A program made the translations under genes and the position numbers. DNA of 64,000 nt, taken from assembly GCA_951406725.2 (NCBI GenBank), contig OX597828.1, positions 32,488,001 through 32,552,000 on the forward strand, written 5' to 3'. Source of the stretch: Octopus vulgaris (lineage: Eukaryota). The notes beneath the pieces are model-generated. The model worked only from the letters and a program-made list of their open reading frames with translations. It did no database searches and had not been told where the DNA came from. Below are positions 1 through 16,814 of this stretch, piece by piece (positions within the stretch are counted from its first letter, which is position 1; each line of letters opens with the position of its first letter).

Positions 1-744
1 AAATACACAGATTAGTATCAACACGAAATTATTCGATGACTTTAGACAAACAATCTTCAGATGTAAAGTAATAAATATTTAAGTCAGTTTTGTTTTCTTG
101 TCACACGGGTTTAGTGGTCAAATGCTGAGAAGTTTACCTCTCTGTTACGCAGATTTTTTTTTCTCAAGCAATGTTACGTTGTAATTTATTATAGTGTTTG
201 TCTAATCATACACAGGCCCTATAGGGTGTTCCTGATTATCGTCGCAAATAGCATTGATAAATCTTTTGTGAATATGTTAGTATTATTAGGAAATATCCAC
301 ATATACCAGACACGAATTCAACAGAAGTAATTTCTCAAACATCAAGAAACAAAAGAAACACATAGTAAACAACAGGCGTCTTCTTTTGATAACAACGATT
401 CATTAAAATTCATAAATTTTTCTAGTTCATAATTTAAAAAAAAAATCTTTGAATTGTCCAAAATAATTGGCTGCCATAATCGCTACGAATTTCTCCTTTG
501 TACAACTCAATATGTGATCTTTATACTTTGCTGGGAAATATAGTGTGTTGGAGATATATACAAGTGTTTTGATAAAATAATATACAATTAGTCAGTTGTA
601 CTGAACCAAATCAATAAATTATATTATAAAAGGTTAGACGAGGTGTTAGAGATGGTAGCCGTATAATACACACATATCCAAATACTATTAAAGAAAGAAA
701 ACGGTACGCTGGCGGATTAGGCTTTTATCATTTGATTTTAATTG

Positions 745-949
745 CTGTAGTCATTTCAGTGCGGCCATACTGGAACAAAGTTTTGAAAAACTTTTAGTCG
801 AAAGAATCGAGCCCAGCACTTCTTAAAGTCTGGTGCTTAATATGTCAGTCTCTTTTGCACAAAAGATTGTTGACGGAGACGTAAAAAAATCAACACCGGT
901 TGCCGAGCGGTGAAGAGGGGAACAACACAGGCAAATACACACACAAAAG

Positions 950-960
<11 letters not shown>
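745..960 (-). mobile_element. Degenerate 3' half of tRNA-derived SINE family B (same family as 50293-50724)
   Basis: The reverse complement resembles the family B tail (CAACCGGTGTTG...TTTACGTCTCCGT...GCAAAAGAGACTGACA...CCAGTATGGCCGCA...AAATGACT). It runs into a (CA)n/(TA)n tract as other copies do. Confidence 0.6.
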
Positions 961-1023
<63 letters not shown>

Positions 1024-2231
1024 CTATATATTTATATATATGTGTATAGGTATGTATGTATATATATATATATATGTGTGTATAAATATTTATTTATATA
1101 TATTTATATATATATATATATATATATATTATTTATAATTGCGTACCATTTCGCCGTTTTCTTCTTTTCGTCCTTGTTTTCGTATACATTCGCTTGCTTT
1201 CTTCCAAAGAATCTGGTGCTGCGGTTGCTGCTGTACGTTGTGTCTTAATACGGGAGTTGATATCTCACCAGGTGGTGAAACTGACTTTTAAGTGTTTCGA
1301 TCGCTTCTGCCGTCAATTCACAGCTACCTTCGATCCCCCACCGCTATAAACGACAAAGCACTCATAAAACACCAGATTTGTTGAGTCAAATGCTGCAATT
1401 TTGGGCCAGATGTTTGTATCGACCTCAGTGCCCATTCTTGCCGCCCCACTCGTGCTTGAGCCAGATGTAATGACTTACTTTCTAAGTGCCAAGTGATAAT
1501 TTTGTGACCCCTTCGTAATTAATCAAAGACTCTAAGTATTAAGTTAGCCCTTGGGTTCTGATAAACGTATGGGTTTATAAATTCTAGGAAATTATACTAA
1601 ATATAAGATGAAAAGTTGGTGTTACTTGTATGTTTTAAAGAGGAAATGTTAAAAATTATGTCTCTGTAAATGAACCTCTATGCCCCTTTTTGATGAAGAC
1701 CAACTGAAATCATTTCAAAAGCTTAAAAAACATTTAGATTCCCATTGGATGAAAATGGTCAACGGCCTTTTGAAACAGCGCGTGAAAAGATTTCTAGTGT
1801 GAGACGAATTACGAAATACTAGAATAAATGACAGAATGAAGTAAAAGAAACAAATTCATTTAAAAAGTATTGAAATGAAAGGAAAATAGTCAATGAATAT
1901 AATATTTAAAATATCATGTCTAAAATCGCCATCATGGCTACAGGAGTACTAAATAAAAATTTGAATCTTTGACGTATTGTGCAACATAAAATGGAATATG
2001 TAGATACAGAAAGTCATATGCAATATTCTCTTAAAGTAGTCCATGTTAATGAAAATATTTTAAATGATTGAATATAAAATTTATCCGAAGATAGCATGCA
2101 GATCAAAAAGTTATGGAGTACCTACAAACTTTTGGCTTATTAGCTATTGTACAGACACACAGAAACATGCAAGCACAGGTACTCACTCACACACACATGT
2201 ATATACATACATACATATATCTATATCTACA

Positions 2232-2296
<65 letters not shown>

Positions 2297-3106
2297 CTCT
2301 ATGTATATGTATATATATATATATATGCATATAAACATGCATACCTACATGCTTGTATGTAATGCACATAAGCTTGTATATAATACACATTTTACCACAT
2401 ACGCTGTATGATACAGTTCAAACTGATATGTACTTTGCAGGCTTTGATCAATATGAATCGATCAAACAGTGACAGCTTCTTTCATTATGGTTTCTTTGAT
2501 CATGCATAGAATTTACAGAAGATAATCTTCATGTATCAGTGGAGTGATTTACCAACTGATTTCTTACCTTACTGTTTAATATTAGGACATATACACCTTC
2601 GACGGAACTGATGGCCATTTGTTTGTGTCGGGATCGAATCCACGCCTCTTATATTCGCGTTAAGTGTGCCGACCGATTACAACTTATTCACCTATTTTCT
2701 ATCGTCGATACACAGTGAAGGGTTATAATTACATTTTTCAATTCTTCACTCATCTCCATTTACTAACTTACGCAGAATACGCATATGTTTACTCACTTAC
2801 AGCTATGAGATAATAGTTACTAAATTTTACAGAATAAAAAGGCGGGTATTTTGATGTAATCGTTCAGCACCCTCATCGTGAAAATAACTGGTGTGTGTTC
2901 CAGTCGCACATGTACTAATTTCAATTTGTTTTTCTTCGGCTGTGTGAGCTGGGTGTGAGAGGGTTATACGACCTGATATCCGACAATTTTCCACAGTGAG
3001 AAAGCTTACAATAATATTTCCAGAATTTTCAATTGCCACGTTTCTTAAGATATATATGCAGAGACAGAGCAAGAGCATATATAAATATATTTCATATCTG
3101 TGTATG

Positions 3107-3180
<74 letters not shown>

Positions 3181-4372
3181 TCTGTGTGTGTCCAAGGCGA
3201 CTGCAATACCCAGTCTAATCGTCAGATTATATTAGAATAATAATATTTTTTAATAAACGAAGCCATAAATCTTTATTTGCCTTAAACTAAAAGTAATAAA
3301 TTTGTTGCTACAGAGATGCTTAAATTTCCAATAGAGAAAAGCATGCTAAGTCAGGAGACATTTACTAGATGTTAATGTTGTCACCATTTGAATAAGAAAT
3401 AGCTATAGCATAATCTACAAAATCATAAATATCAAACCTCAGGTAGATGCTCCATAATGTCTTTCTTATAACATTTTGAAAACAAATCATCCAAACGCTG
3501 ATTACTTGTAACCAATAATGGAAGGATAAAAATTGTAGAGGTAAACAATGAGAATATGATTGATGATTTTAAGGTCAAACTACGAGTACACTTTCTGATA
3601 CTTGCAATGTGCATCTACAATAAAAAACATCAGAAAATGCTTTATCTTACATTGAATATTACATCAATAATGAAACTCTTGATGTAATAGTGGAACTCTT
3701 TTAATGCATGGTAAAAATACCAAAAAACAAAAAAAAAAATAGATGCTGACCTCATCTTTACACCCATTTCTCAAAAGATAATAGTAGAACCTGAAGATCA
3801 CGCTGTATATATTTTTCTGTCGTTATAGGTAAGAACATATAAAACCCATCATAAATATAATTCAGAACAGAAAATATATATGAGATTTAGGTTGCCTAAT
3901 ACAGTCATGTACGTTTCAAATCTCATTAAAAATGACATGGCAATATCGTAAACATAAATAATCAACTTGAATATGCAAGCGGTCTTAAATAAATTGTAGC
4001 ATATTAAATAGAAGATAAAAAAAATTACTTCAGTGGAGGGCACTAGACAGAAAAGTCTGCATCGTATCGCAAACGCATTGTTCATGTGTGTACACACACA
4101 AACAGATACACACAGATGCACACACATGCACATACATGAACACATACATATATCAATGTACGTAGTGATAGTGTGCGTGTGTACATATATATGTGTATAT
4201 GTATATGTGTGCATGTATATATGTGTACATAGATATATGTATGCATGTATGTATATATGTATGCATGTACGTATGCATGTATATACGCATATGATTGCAT
4301 AGATGCGTGTATGTGCTTTTGAGTATATGCACATATATATTTTGTATGTATCTATTTATGTATGTACGCGTG

Positions 4373-4429
<57 letters not shown>

Positions 4430-5310
4430 GTATATATACACGTATTAAGATATATTTGCATACATATATGATTATATACATGATTATATCGACATGCATA
4501 TACCTCTATATCTGCGCATATCTATGTACGTCTGTACTTGTGTGTGTGTATGTGTGTGTGGCGTGTGCTTGTGTGTGTGTATGTGTGTGAAAACTATAAA
4601 ATCTTAATATAAAAGTGAACAAACAGCATACAAATATACCAGCTAGCATTATTGATGATGCAGAGATAGCTTTAAAACATCATTAAAACTGACATGGTAC
4701 AATCGCTAACACAAACAAAGCAATCATTATGGCTAAGTGAACTGTTTTAAATAAATGGTGGCACATCATAAAACAATGAAACAATACGAGGCTAGAGAGT
4801 GCTATACGTTTACCAAAATTCTACTTTCTATTTTATAAATTGATTTATATATTTGTGTGTTTTTTATATAAATTTCCTCTATTATGGTCTATGCATTTAT
4901 ATATGTGAAACGTATATATACAGATACAGCTAACATCAAATCATGAAAGACCTTCATATATTTGAAGTGTATGCTATATTTGTTTTAAAACGAACGGTAT
5001 GTCACATATTGCAGACATACTTCGCTGTTTTCATGGCATGTCAGGTATATTTAAGCAATAAACTAGTGGGTTTTTTTTTTTTTTGTATTTATACGCAAAT
5101 AGAAATTGTTGCAGAAAACAGAGTGAAAAGCGGAATTAAATGAAGGGTATTAGAGGAATATGACAAGGATTAAGTGAAGGATTATATGGATAAACAAGAG
5201 GCAAATTAAGAAGAAACATTGCTTTAAGGAAAAGTACAGAAAATTGGAACGTTATATGCTAAAGTCGAAGTTTAGAATTGTGTTAGCCTTCTAACACATG
5301 TACAGAACTA

Positions 5311-5520
5311 TTGGTTTCAAATTTTGAAACAAGGTTAGTAGTTTCAAGGGAAGTAGCTGATTCGATTACATGTACCCCATTTTTCAACTGGTCCTTATCT
5401 TATCGACCCAGAAGGATGAAAGGCAAAATCGACCTTAGTGGAACTTGAAGCCAGATGGTGAAGGAGGACGAAATGCCGTGAAGCATTTCGCCCGGCATAC
5501 TTACTATTCTGCCATCTCGC
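5311..5520 (-). mobile_element. Older monomeric copy of SINE family A
   Basis: Contains TTATCGACCCAGAAGGATGAAAGGCAAAATCGACC...GACGAAATGCCG..AAGCATTTCGCCCGGC...TTCTGCCA, matching 8215-8599. Confidence 0.75.
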
Positions 5521-6256
5521 ATGTTAAAAAAATTTAATTTACATAGTATATGTTGTTCATTATTTTGTAGTTTCTACATGTCCTTCTAAAATCGAGTTAG
5601 ACAAACCTATATAAATTATGACTTTAATAGATACGAAAGATAATTCAGACATATATCTGCCGTTATGCTCTAAAAGAAATGATAGCAAAAGAATCCTCAG
5701 ATAAGTCAAGTTATAAATTTTTAATATAACAATTTTCATGCATGCAGTGATTTCCACTGAAATGTCCTGTACCGAATTATACACAGAATATTTATTTATA
5801 CATAATTCAGTTCACGATTAATATAGACACTAATGTATTAGCTTCTTAGAAGGATTCCAGTATAAAATTTAGTATTCACTCATCGTTTTCCATAGAAAAG
5901 CACACACTTACAAACACGTAAACAGTCTCAGGCAGAAACATACATACCTACTAGCATACATACATGCATACATACATACATACATACATACATACATACA
6001 TGCATGAAATATTTAGTTGGACAGAAATAGATATGTAGTCAGATATTTATATAGATATAGATATAGATCTTAGAAATGGCAAAACTTTTGGTTAACTCCT
6101 ATGGTTCACGGATTCAGTAATTATGACAGGGCTATCTTTGGACCCATTCAACGGAACATATCTTCTCCCTCAACCACAGGAATTTAGTCATCATTCAAAA
6201 TATGACTTCTAAACTCACACTGGCCATCGCTCGATCTATGTATGTAGTTATCTCTC

Positions 6257-6352
<96 letters not shown>

Positions 6353-6594
6353 CAGGCATATATAATTAAATATATGTATATACACTCACTCACATGCATA
6401 TAGACAGCTATTGCAAAATTAGCGTCTGTCGAAATTTAGAGCAACAGTCAAAGCGAATTTTAGAATAATGACTCTAGTTTTATTATTGTGTAGCTTTCTC
6501 TGTCAGTAAATATTCTGTATCTATTCTCATATTCTCTTTGATAATTATATTAAAGTAACATATATACATATATGTGTGAATACGTGGGGAAGAG

Positions 6595-6639
<45 letters not shown>

Positions 6640-7438
6640 GATGAGTGATAGATAAATAGATTTTGGGAATGGTGATAGTTTCATTCATAATTATTACCCA
6701 CTGCAAGTGATTTATTGTGTTTCTAGGTAATGCTTACTATTTCTTTTGCTTCATTACCTCGTAGCTATTAAATAGAAGTGGCATCTGATGAAAATATGCT
6801 CTGTAATTGACCGTCACCCTATAATGGCAGAGTATTATTTCTCATGAGGTTTAGTCTCATGTCATTGAATCATAACAGTGAACGTATCTTTGTAGACATA
6901 TAGAAAGTATAATTTTGGTCTATTTATTTTAGAGTATTTCGTGAGTTCAAATAACAGCATGTTATATTTCCATTATAATCGTTTCATATGTTGTTGGTTA
7001 TTTTTGTTCGAGTCTGTGAAAATCAGGCAAATCCAATAGAAAGCAAAATCGATCCGTGACCATCATGTTTCTTTCGCAGAAAGAATATACGAAAGCCAAA
7101 AGCATTATTTATAAAAGGCTTCCTTTGTTTGATAGACGTGTGCAATATTTATAGGATTTTCTCATCATTTGCAGCAAATGAGTTGGGGACTTGCATAAGG
7201 TCCTTGCTGGTTGAGTATCTAAACTCCAAACTGTCACACATAGTTCAAATAAATTACATTTTCAAGGTCAGTTTTAAGCACGGAATATATTCATTAACAA
7301 CATTGTAATATGTTGGTGAGTTTATCAAAAGCCACATTTTATAGTTTCCATTGTTATCCTTTGAAACCTGAACAGCATTCAATAGTCAAGTGTTTGACTC
7401 TCTGTGTGTGTGTATGTGTATAAATATCAATACATACA

Positions 7439-7506
<68 letters not shown>

Positions 7507-7548
7507 ATCTATCTCTGTCTCTCCCTATATATATATATATATATATAT

Positions 7549-7619
<71 letters not shown>

Positions 7620-8214
7620 TGGATGGATGGATGCATGCATATGTGTATGATAATATCCAAGGTATACCCATCTTGCCTTTCATTCAATGGCACTGTAGAT
7701 TCGATTGCAAATTTTGCAGGTTTTAACCTAGAATATGGTATTTATGATCTTTCATAAAAAGGTGAGTTCCCTTCTCGTAGTAGTTTTCCCTTTGGAATAT
7801 ATAAACTCGTTAAACAGAAGAATCTTAAATGATTTGGCAGAGAGTGCTTGTATGTAAGTTTAGAAAATATTTCAAGCCTGATTCCAACTTTATTTTTTCT
7901 CATCCTTTTCGAAGACCTTGCAAGGTGGGATGGCGACTAGTGTTCCTACGTTGAATACGTCATTAAAATTGCTACTCGATATTAATAATATAAATATCTG
8001 TATGGAATCAGAATCCATTTGTTAATTTCTTATACGTATTAATTGTAATTCAATAACTTTTTGTATAAAAGTGTTCGATTTCCGACATTAAGAGTGATGT
8101 TATTCAATATAATTTATTTCAAATATATTCCACAATATCGAAACACGAAAACGTATATTAACGGGAACACAAAATTATTGCCCCACGCTCCATTCCCTAC
8201 GCACATATATATAC

Positions 8215-8599
8215 TTTTTACTACTCTAGGCACAAGGCCCAAAATTTTGGGAGATTAGATCGACCCCAGTGCGCACCTGGTACTTAACTTATCGACCCCG
8301 AAAGGATGAAAGGCAAAGTCGACCTCGGCGGAATTTGAACTCAGAACGTAGCGGCAGGCGAAATATCCATTTCTTTACAACCTACAAGGGGCTAAACACA
8401 GAGAAGACAAACAAGGACGGACAAACGCATTAAGTCGATTATATCGACCCCAGTGCGTAACTGGAACTTATTTAATCAACCCCGAAAGGATGAAAGGCAA
8501 AGTCGACCTCGGTGGGATTTTGAACTCAGAACGTAACGGCAGACAAAATCCGGCTACGCATTTCGTCCGGCGTGCTAACGTTTCTGGCAGCTCGCCGCC
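8215..8599 (-). mobile_element. SINE family A, full-length form with internally duplicated core
   Basis: The minus strand starts GGCGGCGAGCTGCCAGAAACGTTAGCACGCCGG with a B-box-like GAGTTCAAAATCC. The core GTCGACTTTGCCTTTCATCCTTTCGGG occurs twice. It is collinear with the + copy at 23996-24388. Confidence 0.9.
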
Positions 8600-11500
8600 T
8601 TACATATATACAGATATTGAGAAACCAATACCAATAGAAAGTCGCACATACACAGGTACACAAACAGCAGTCACCTGTCTTTAATTAGGGGTCACGCAAT
8701 ATGTAATGAAACCACATATCTTTGAATATCTAATTGATTTTCTTAGTAAGAGATTCCGATGTTGGCTTCTCTCTTCAGTTTTAAACTAAATTTATAAACA
8801 GAATTGTTTACACGTGATTCGCAATACGTTTGTACTGCCTTTGACTTCTTTAATGTACAAGATAAACAAACGAAACTCTTATCTGTTTCTTCATTTAGTA
8901 TGATACAATAGCCAAGGAAATTTAGATACATAGATATATTACAAGCAACATACATAGGTATAGAGTATAATACTATTATTCATCAGATAATAGAATTCTT
9001 TCTTCATAATTTTAGCACTTATTTTTGTCTTTGCAATTCACAAAATGGAGAAAAGAAACATTTTTTTTTTCCGCATCATAAAATAGACATAGAAATATAC
9101 ATACGTAGATATTTCGGTAGTTGGGTACCTAGACACGTACACACTATAATATTATTATTTATCAGATACAGTATTTTTTCTTCTTTTTTTTTTGGTAATT
9201 TAGCACTTACGTCGTCTACTTTATTGCTCAAAATCAAGAAATGGAACACTTATGATGTTTTTCAGAATAAATTGCTAATAGAAATATAGGTACATAGAAA
9301 CATAGGCAGCCGGTGAGAGAGATACTGAGATAAAAAGAGACGTAAACACATTAATACATAAATACATACATACCTTTTATCACTTATCATATTTTGCACT
9401 TTGTATTCGATAAATCTATTGTTGGTATAAAACATATATAAAAAATTCAAAACGTATCTTTTAAGATTGAAGGAGAATTATGGAAGTCGGGATTGACAAA
9501 AATTATACGTTGAAATTCGAAATCTCAGATATATAGTCGTGTGCAGGTAGTGGAGCAAACAGATGTATTCGTACCGAGGATGTAAAAGAACTTTTCAAAC
9601 ATTAGCAATAATATTTATTCTCGTAGATGAAGGGTCAATATCATAATGACATATTTCTTATCTCCCCTAAGGCATACGAACTCACAAACTCATGAATTCT
9701 GCTAAATTAAAAAATAAAACAAACTCATTAAGTACGTGTCTTTATATAATTTTCATCTTAATAGTCTGCAGTTAAAACTTCCTGCGGTCATTTCGTTTTG
9801 TCTGTACGCAACAGTCTTAACTCTTCTCTGATTGCACTTATAGCAGTACTTGCGTTTGAGAATAAACTAATCATTTCTCAATGATAACAACATAAAAACA
9901 AAATAAATAATCATCACAACAAAGACAACACTAGAAGCATCAACATCGTCAAAGAAGACAAAAATATTTCTTTCTAATTTAGTACAAGGCCAGAAATGTT
10001 GATATCAGAGATTAAGTCGTTTATATCAATCGTAGAATTTCTGTATTTCTTATTTCATTGGCCCCGAAAGAATGAAAGATAAATTCGAACTCGTGGCAAC
10101 TGGACTCGCAACAAAAGGAGCATAAAAATGACATTAAATACTTTGTCTGATGTACTAATGGTTGGGAGTTCACTTAGAGTAACTAGATGTATTTTTCGCA
10201 GTTTCAGAGAGGCCAACAGAAATTGTCTTTTAATAATAATCTTCAAACCTTCAAGATCTATAATTTTCTGAGAGTATATTTTCTTTCTGACAAGAACACA
10301 CAAACTAAATCACTTTCTTTCAATACAAAAATTCTTACACACCTCAGGATATCGAGCTAAAATTATCACCTTACATATTCAAAATCTTCTATTTTCTGTG
10401 AATTTCTATATTCTTCTAGCTAAATGAACGTGAAAAAACTTATACTTTTTCGTCACCAAGAAAATCTTTGAAGCACTTCAGTCTGCATTTGTATTCCCGT
10501 AGCACTTAAAATACAAAATCCAGAATTCGACATTACAGATCAACAGTTGAAATTTTAACAAGTTTATACAACAAAAGCTGTAAAGCGCAGCCGATACATT
10601 AACTACCTTAAAAAACTGTTAAGCACTTCCAAGAGAATTTATACCACAGCAAAATACACAGTCTAAATACTGTAAGCGCAGTAATGATGAATATATTTGC
10701 CTATTCCTATATTCGTGATGACAAATGCGAAGAATCTTTGAAACAAAGTAAGTTTGTCTATTCTTCTCATGATGTGATGTAAAACTTTTAAACACCTCTA
10801 ACGGACACTATTCAATGGTAAAATACACCTGTTAAATGCTGTAAAGACTGCAACAGTGCATACATTTATTTTATCAACGAAGACTGGTAGAAACTGTAAT
10901 TGAAATAAACTAGTTTCCATGCCTTGCTTCTACTATTAAATCCATCTCCACTTTCTTATATTCTTTTCAAATGTCGATACAGGGCCAGCATTCTCGAGGG
11001 ATGGGGTTACTCGATTACATTGACCACACAGGTAGAATTTGAAGTCAGATTGTAAAGGCGGACGAAATACCGTTAAGCAATTTGCTTGAGCGTGCTATGC
11101 CTGCAACACATTTTGAACTTTGGTTGACCTTGACAACCGGTTCAGCCAAAATCGTTTATTAGGTTCGTGCTTCAATTCCCTGAAGAGGACCTGAGTAGCA
11201 GCTTTACTCTTTGTAGACCTTGAGTCGACTTATTAGGCTCATTGTGCAAGGAAATCAGCAGTTACAGCGGCAGAGACAGATAAGCAGCGTAAGCCTTCCG
11301 TGCTGTCATCCACTCACTTGCTTCTTTGTTCATATCGGATTCAGATTGCTCTAGGCCACAGCAGACAGCACTGCGCCACAGTGAGCGATCTCGAACAGGA
11401 TCATCACAAATAAACACCCCAAGATACACATTATCATGGTTGTCTTGAGTATGACTTTGTATCTCATTTTTGGTGTACCAAGGAAGTTATCTTTGGGAAG

Positions 11501-11613
11501 TCTGAAATTGATCATGTCCGCTACATGTCCACAACAATTCAGCTGGAATTTGCTTAAGAAGATATACATGCATAACATATTACCCCGTTCTCTCTATCTC
11601 TCTTTCTCTCCCT

Positions 11614-11656
<43 letters not shown>

Positions 11657-12147
11657 AAAAGAGTAAAAATCAGTAAGAACATATTTTAAATTTTGATCCA
11701 TTTTTCTATTCTATTATCTCTTTCTTTTCTTGTAAGCATCTACTGAATTAGTTTATATATACGAAATATATATTTCTAATGTGTCCCAATGCCTGGGGCT
11801 CTTTACGCTCTGACTTCGAATCCCGCCGACGTAAGCTTTACAATGAATCCATCTGAGGTCAATAGAATTGAGTAACACGCAAGAGTTAGGGACCGATGAC
11901 ATCGACTACTGTCGTCCGCTGATAATTGTAGGCTTGTCCAAGAAAAAAAAAACAGCGGCTATTAAAGACGGGAATAGGATACTTAGAAGCTCAAAATATG
12001 ATATTTAGCGTGGATGGATGGACAGATAGATGGATGATAGATAGATAGATAAATAGATAGATAGATAGATATATAGATAGATAGATAGATAGAAAGAAAG
12101 AAAGAAAGAAGAAAAGAAAGATAGACAGTTGGATAAATAGATAGTTG

Positions 12148-12181
<34 letters not shown>

Positions 12182-12308
12182 CAGAAAGGCAGACCGATAC
12201 ACAGATGGATAGGAAGAAAGAAAGAATGAAAAATAGATAGATAGATAGATAGATATATATATAGAGAGAGAGAGAGAAAGTCAGAAAGATAGGTAGATAG
12301 ATAAGTAA

Positions 12309-12405
<97 letters not shown>

Positions 12406-13702
12406 CAGGCATTGATATCTTTAATGTAATATGTGATAGCAAAGCCTGTTTAGTCACTGTGTATCTCTATGTCCATGTGAAAATTTGAAATTAAAATATT
12501 TCTCGTTTGATGCAGTATGTAATATCACAAATATTAGTTAGATAGATTATACATATATACATACATACACACACACACGTGCTTACGTGTATGCTTCGTA
12601 TCTTCTTTAAGTATAGTATTTGAAATACATGCAGTTTGGCCATAGATACTCTTCGTGACATTGGGCAGCACCATTTGTTTTTGTTTAATGCAGCAATTGA
12701 ACAATTTTTGTCCTACTGAGTATCCGTTATGAATTTAATACACAGTATACAGCAAAATAAAAATAATAAAAAAATGAAATAAAATAACCCTATTAGTAAT
12801 CTGAAATTCTCATAATGAAGGAAATATCAGGCGTAAAAGGATGAAAACCTGCAGGGAATAAGTCATTCGTTAATATTAGCGATATATTTCAACGCTGACC
12901 TTGGGGAATTTCATGTTAACATGATAAATATACTTCGGATAAGTTTATGGACGAGGTTCTCTGCTTAACGACCGAGATACATAATTTAAGTTAAAATATC
13001 TCCTTATCTAGCAAGCCTTTCACTAACTTTCAACGCAATATATATATTTCAAGAGTAGTTAATCAATACAATATGGAGCTTTGTCTTTCACTTATTTCAA
13101 CTGATTGTCTTACAGTATTAATAATCACCGCCCGCCATCTACCGCTCTTTCTCTCTCTCTCTCTCTCTCTCTACTACTGTTAATCTTCTCTCATCTAAGT
13201 TATCTTTATTTATCTGCCACTATATACGCCTGATTGTATTTACAAACGATCACACACACAGACGTGACCGTATGCTCGGATGTATGTGTGTTTGTGCGAG
13301 AGTGGGAGTGATAGAGGGAGGAATGAGTAATATCCCGCCCGTGCGTGTATATATCTTCTGGTATAACGAATATGCAACACGCATATTCAGACAACGTCGA
13401 ACCGAGAATAAAATTGGATTAATTTAGATGATTGAGGAAACTACATCATAGCTCGAATATATACACACCTCCAAAGTTTCGTTTAGCGTTCGAGTCAATT
13501 TTACGGGAATGCCTTCAACGGTGCGTGAAGGCATTCACCATGATGAATGCCTCTACGACACCTCAAATAAAAGCAATTTTTCATAAAGGAAGAGCTTCTC
13601 ATTTATTGCAAGACACTAAGCGAGATAACCACACAGGTCAGATTTATACTAAACTCATTCTGCTACCACGGGAGATAAATGCATACGTATCACACACGCA
13701 CA

Positions 13703-13813
13703 CTACTACTACTAATAATAATAATAATAATACTGCTAATACTGCTACTACTGCTGGTGCTACTACTACTACTATTACCACTACTTCTACTACTATTAAT
13801 ACTACTACTGCTG

Positions 13814-13871
<58 letters not shown>

Positions 13872-13927
13872 TACTACTGCTGCTGTTACTACTACTACTA
13901 CTTCTACTACTGCTGCTACTGTTGCTG

Positions 13928-13958
<31 letters not shown>
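13703..13958. repeat. Compound (ACT/GCT/AAT)n trinucleotide microsatellite
   Basis: Directly visible; it produces the spurious poly-T and poly-L ORFs. Confidence 0.95.
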
Positions 13959-13999
13959 AATACTCCGGGAATTATTGCATTTGTTGTAATTATCGTCGT

Positions 14000-14760
<761 letters not shown>

Positions 14761-14863
14761 ATTACAAGTTCTATATTTAAGAGTTGAGGAAGCATGTACA
14801 TTATTTATATTATTTACATTATTTACAATTGGCGGACATTTGTCCTCATCTTGTTTGTTGTTA

Positions 14864-14908
14864 GCACAACGTTTCGGCTAATATACCCTCAAGCCTTCAT
14901 CAGGTATC
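14864..14908 (-). ncRNA. Minimal type-I hammerhead ribozyme motif (PLE type)
   Basis: The minus strand reads AUAC-CUGAUGA-A-GGCU[ugaggguauauu]AGCC-GAAAC-GUU-GUG. The core is intact, stem III is reduced to the ACGU palindrome, and stem I is imperfect. Confidence 0.65.
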
Positions 14909-14982
14909 TTGGGGCATATGTCGTGGTGGTTAAGAGCGCGGGCTACTAACCCCAAGATTCCGAGTTTGATTTTAGGTTGTGA

Positions 14983-15082
<100 letters not shown>

Positions 15083-15161
15083 AAGAAGAAGAAGAAGAAG
15101 AAGAAGAAGAATGCCGAAAAATACCTTAGGAATGCGAACCCAGGTTCGAAATTTCCCCCAA

Positions 15162-15207
15162 GACACCTGATGAAGGCTGGAGGGTATATAAGCCGCAACG
15201 TTGTGTT
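15162..15207 (+). ncRNA. Minimal type-I hammerhead motif with a mutated core (GCAAC for GAAAC)
   Basis: GACAC-CUGAUGA-A-GGCU[ggaggguauaua]AGCC-GCAAC-GUU-GUGUU, with stem I ACAC/GUGU. Confidence 0.55.
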
Positions 15208-15723
15208 AACAATAAACAAGATGAGGACAAATATCCGTCAATGGTAAATAATGTAAATATTGTTAATAATGTAAATTATTACAAGCTCCTTAAATTGTGG
15301 GATTGAATATTACGTTCCTAATTGAACACCTGAAACGTGAGCATCAGAAATACTAATAAATGTATTAAGATGGTAATAAATTCATTAAGTTGGTAATAAA
15401 TACATTTATAAAGCATTACTTTATTACAGGATTAATTAGTAGCTTAAAACTCTTCCTAGCGAACACCAGCAAACAGTCATTTGACCTTCTCCATTTAATT
15501 TTATAATCGGCGAATACGCTACTAAAATGAAGAATTTATTCATAATAAACACTTTCGCAAAATATTTTTCGATGTGAGTGTTTCTCTTAGCATAAAATGA
15601 ACCAATCAGTTTTGCTTCTATTCACTTTTATGTTATACGTGACGTAAAACGTCTATTCATTTTGCAAAACGAGGGTAAAATTCTGTTTGTTTAGTAATGA
15701 TATTCAAAGAAAGGACAGAAAAA

Positions 15724-15728
15724 GTAGC

Positions 15729-15772
<44 letters not shown>

Positions 15773-15779
15773 CAGCAGC

Positions 15780-15810
<31 letters not shown>

Positions 15811-15889
15811 GTAGTAGTAGTAGTAGTAGTTGTAGTATTAGTAGTAGTAGTAGTGGTGGTAGTAGTAGCAGCAGCAGTAGTAATAGCAT

Positions 15890-15941
<52 letters not shown>

Positions 15942-16231
15942 TGCAGCTGCAGCAGCAGTATTATTATTATTATTAGTAGTAGTAGTAGTAGTAGTAGTAG
16001 TATTTGCAGTATTAGTAGTAGTAGTAGTAGTATTTGCAGTATTAGTAGCAGCAGCAGCAGCAATAGTAATAGCATTAGTAGTAATAGTAGTAGTAGTAGT
16101 AAAAGAGGAAATACAGGAGAGAAAAGCAAGAACAAGAAGTTTTACAAAATCAAAAGAAGGAGGAGGAAGCGGAGAAGAAGAAGAAGAAGAAGAAGAAGAA
16201 GAAGAAGAAGAAGAAGAAGAAGAAGAAGAAG

Positions 16232-16262
<31 letters not shown>
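15724..16262. repeat. Compound (AGT/AGC/ATT)n then (GAA)n microsatellite
   Basis: Directly visible; source of the poly-S/V/E/R ORFs. Confidence 0.95.
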
Positions 16263-16263
<1 letters not shown>

Positions 16264-16735
16264 GACGTAGAAGAAAAAGATGAGGAGGAAGATGTTGTGC
16301 CAAAATGAGAGCTAGAGGCAGAGATGCATATGATAGGGAAGAAATTATGTAAAAAGAGAAATTTAGAAAAAAAGGAAAAGAAAAGATAAAAAGTGGAAGG
16401 AAAAGATAAAAAGACCAACCTCTTGTGTAAACGGCGTTCTCGTTGTTGATCAATAGCTTTGTGGTTGGAACTTCTACAAATGTTAGTCGCAGGTTTGAAA
16501 GTTAAGAGTAATTTTAACAAAAGATAATTTAGTAAATTCGCTCAGTCGTTATCTGCAATGTATTATAGGCGCAGAAACATGATTTGTGGTCAAAAATTTT
16601 CGCTTCGCAACCACCAGAAATCAGATTCAGTCACGCTGCGCAGCACCTGAGGCAGACGTGTTCTACGATAACCCAGAGGGCTGACTATTGCTTCGTGAGT
16701 GAATTTGATAGAAGGACATTCTGATGAAGTCCTTC

Positions 16736-16803
<68 letters not shown>

Positions 16804-16814
16804 ATATATATATA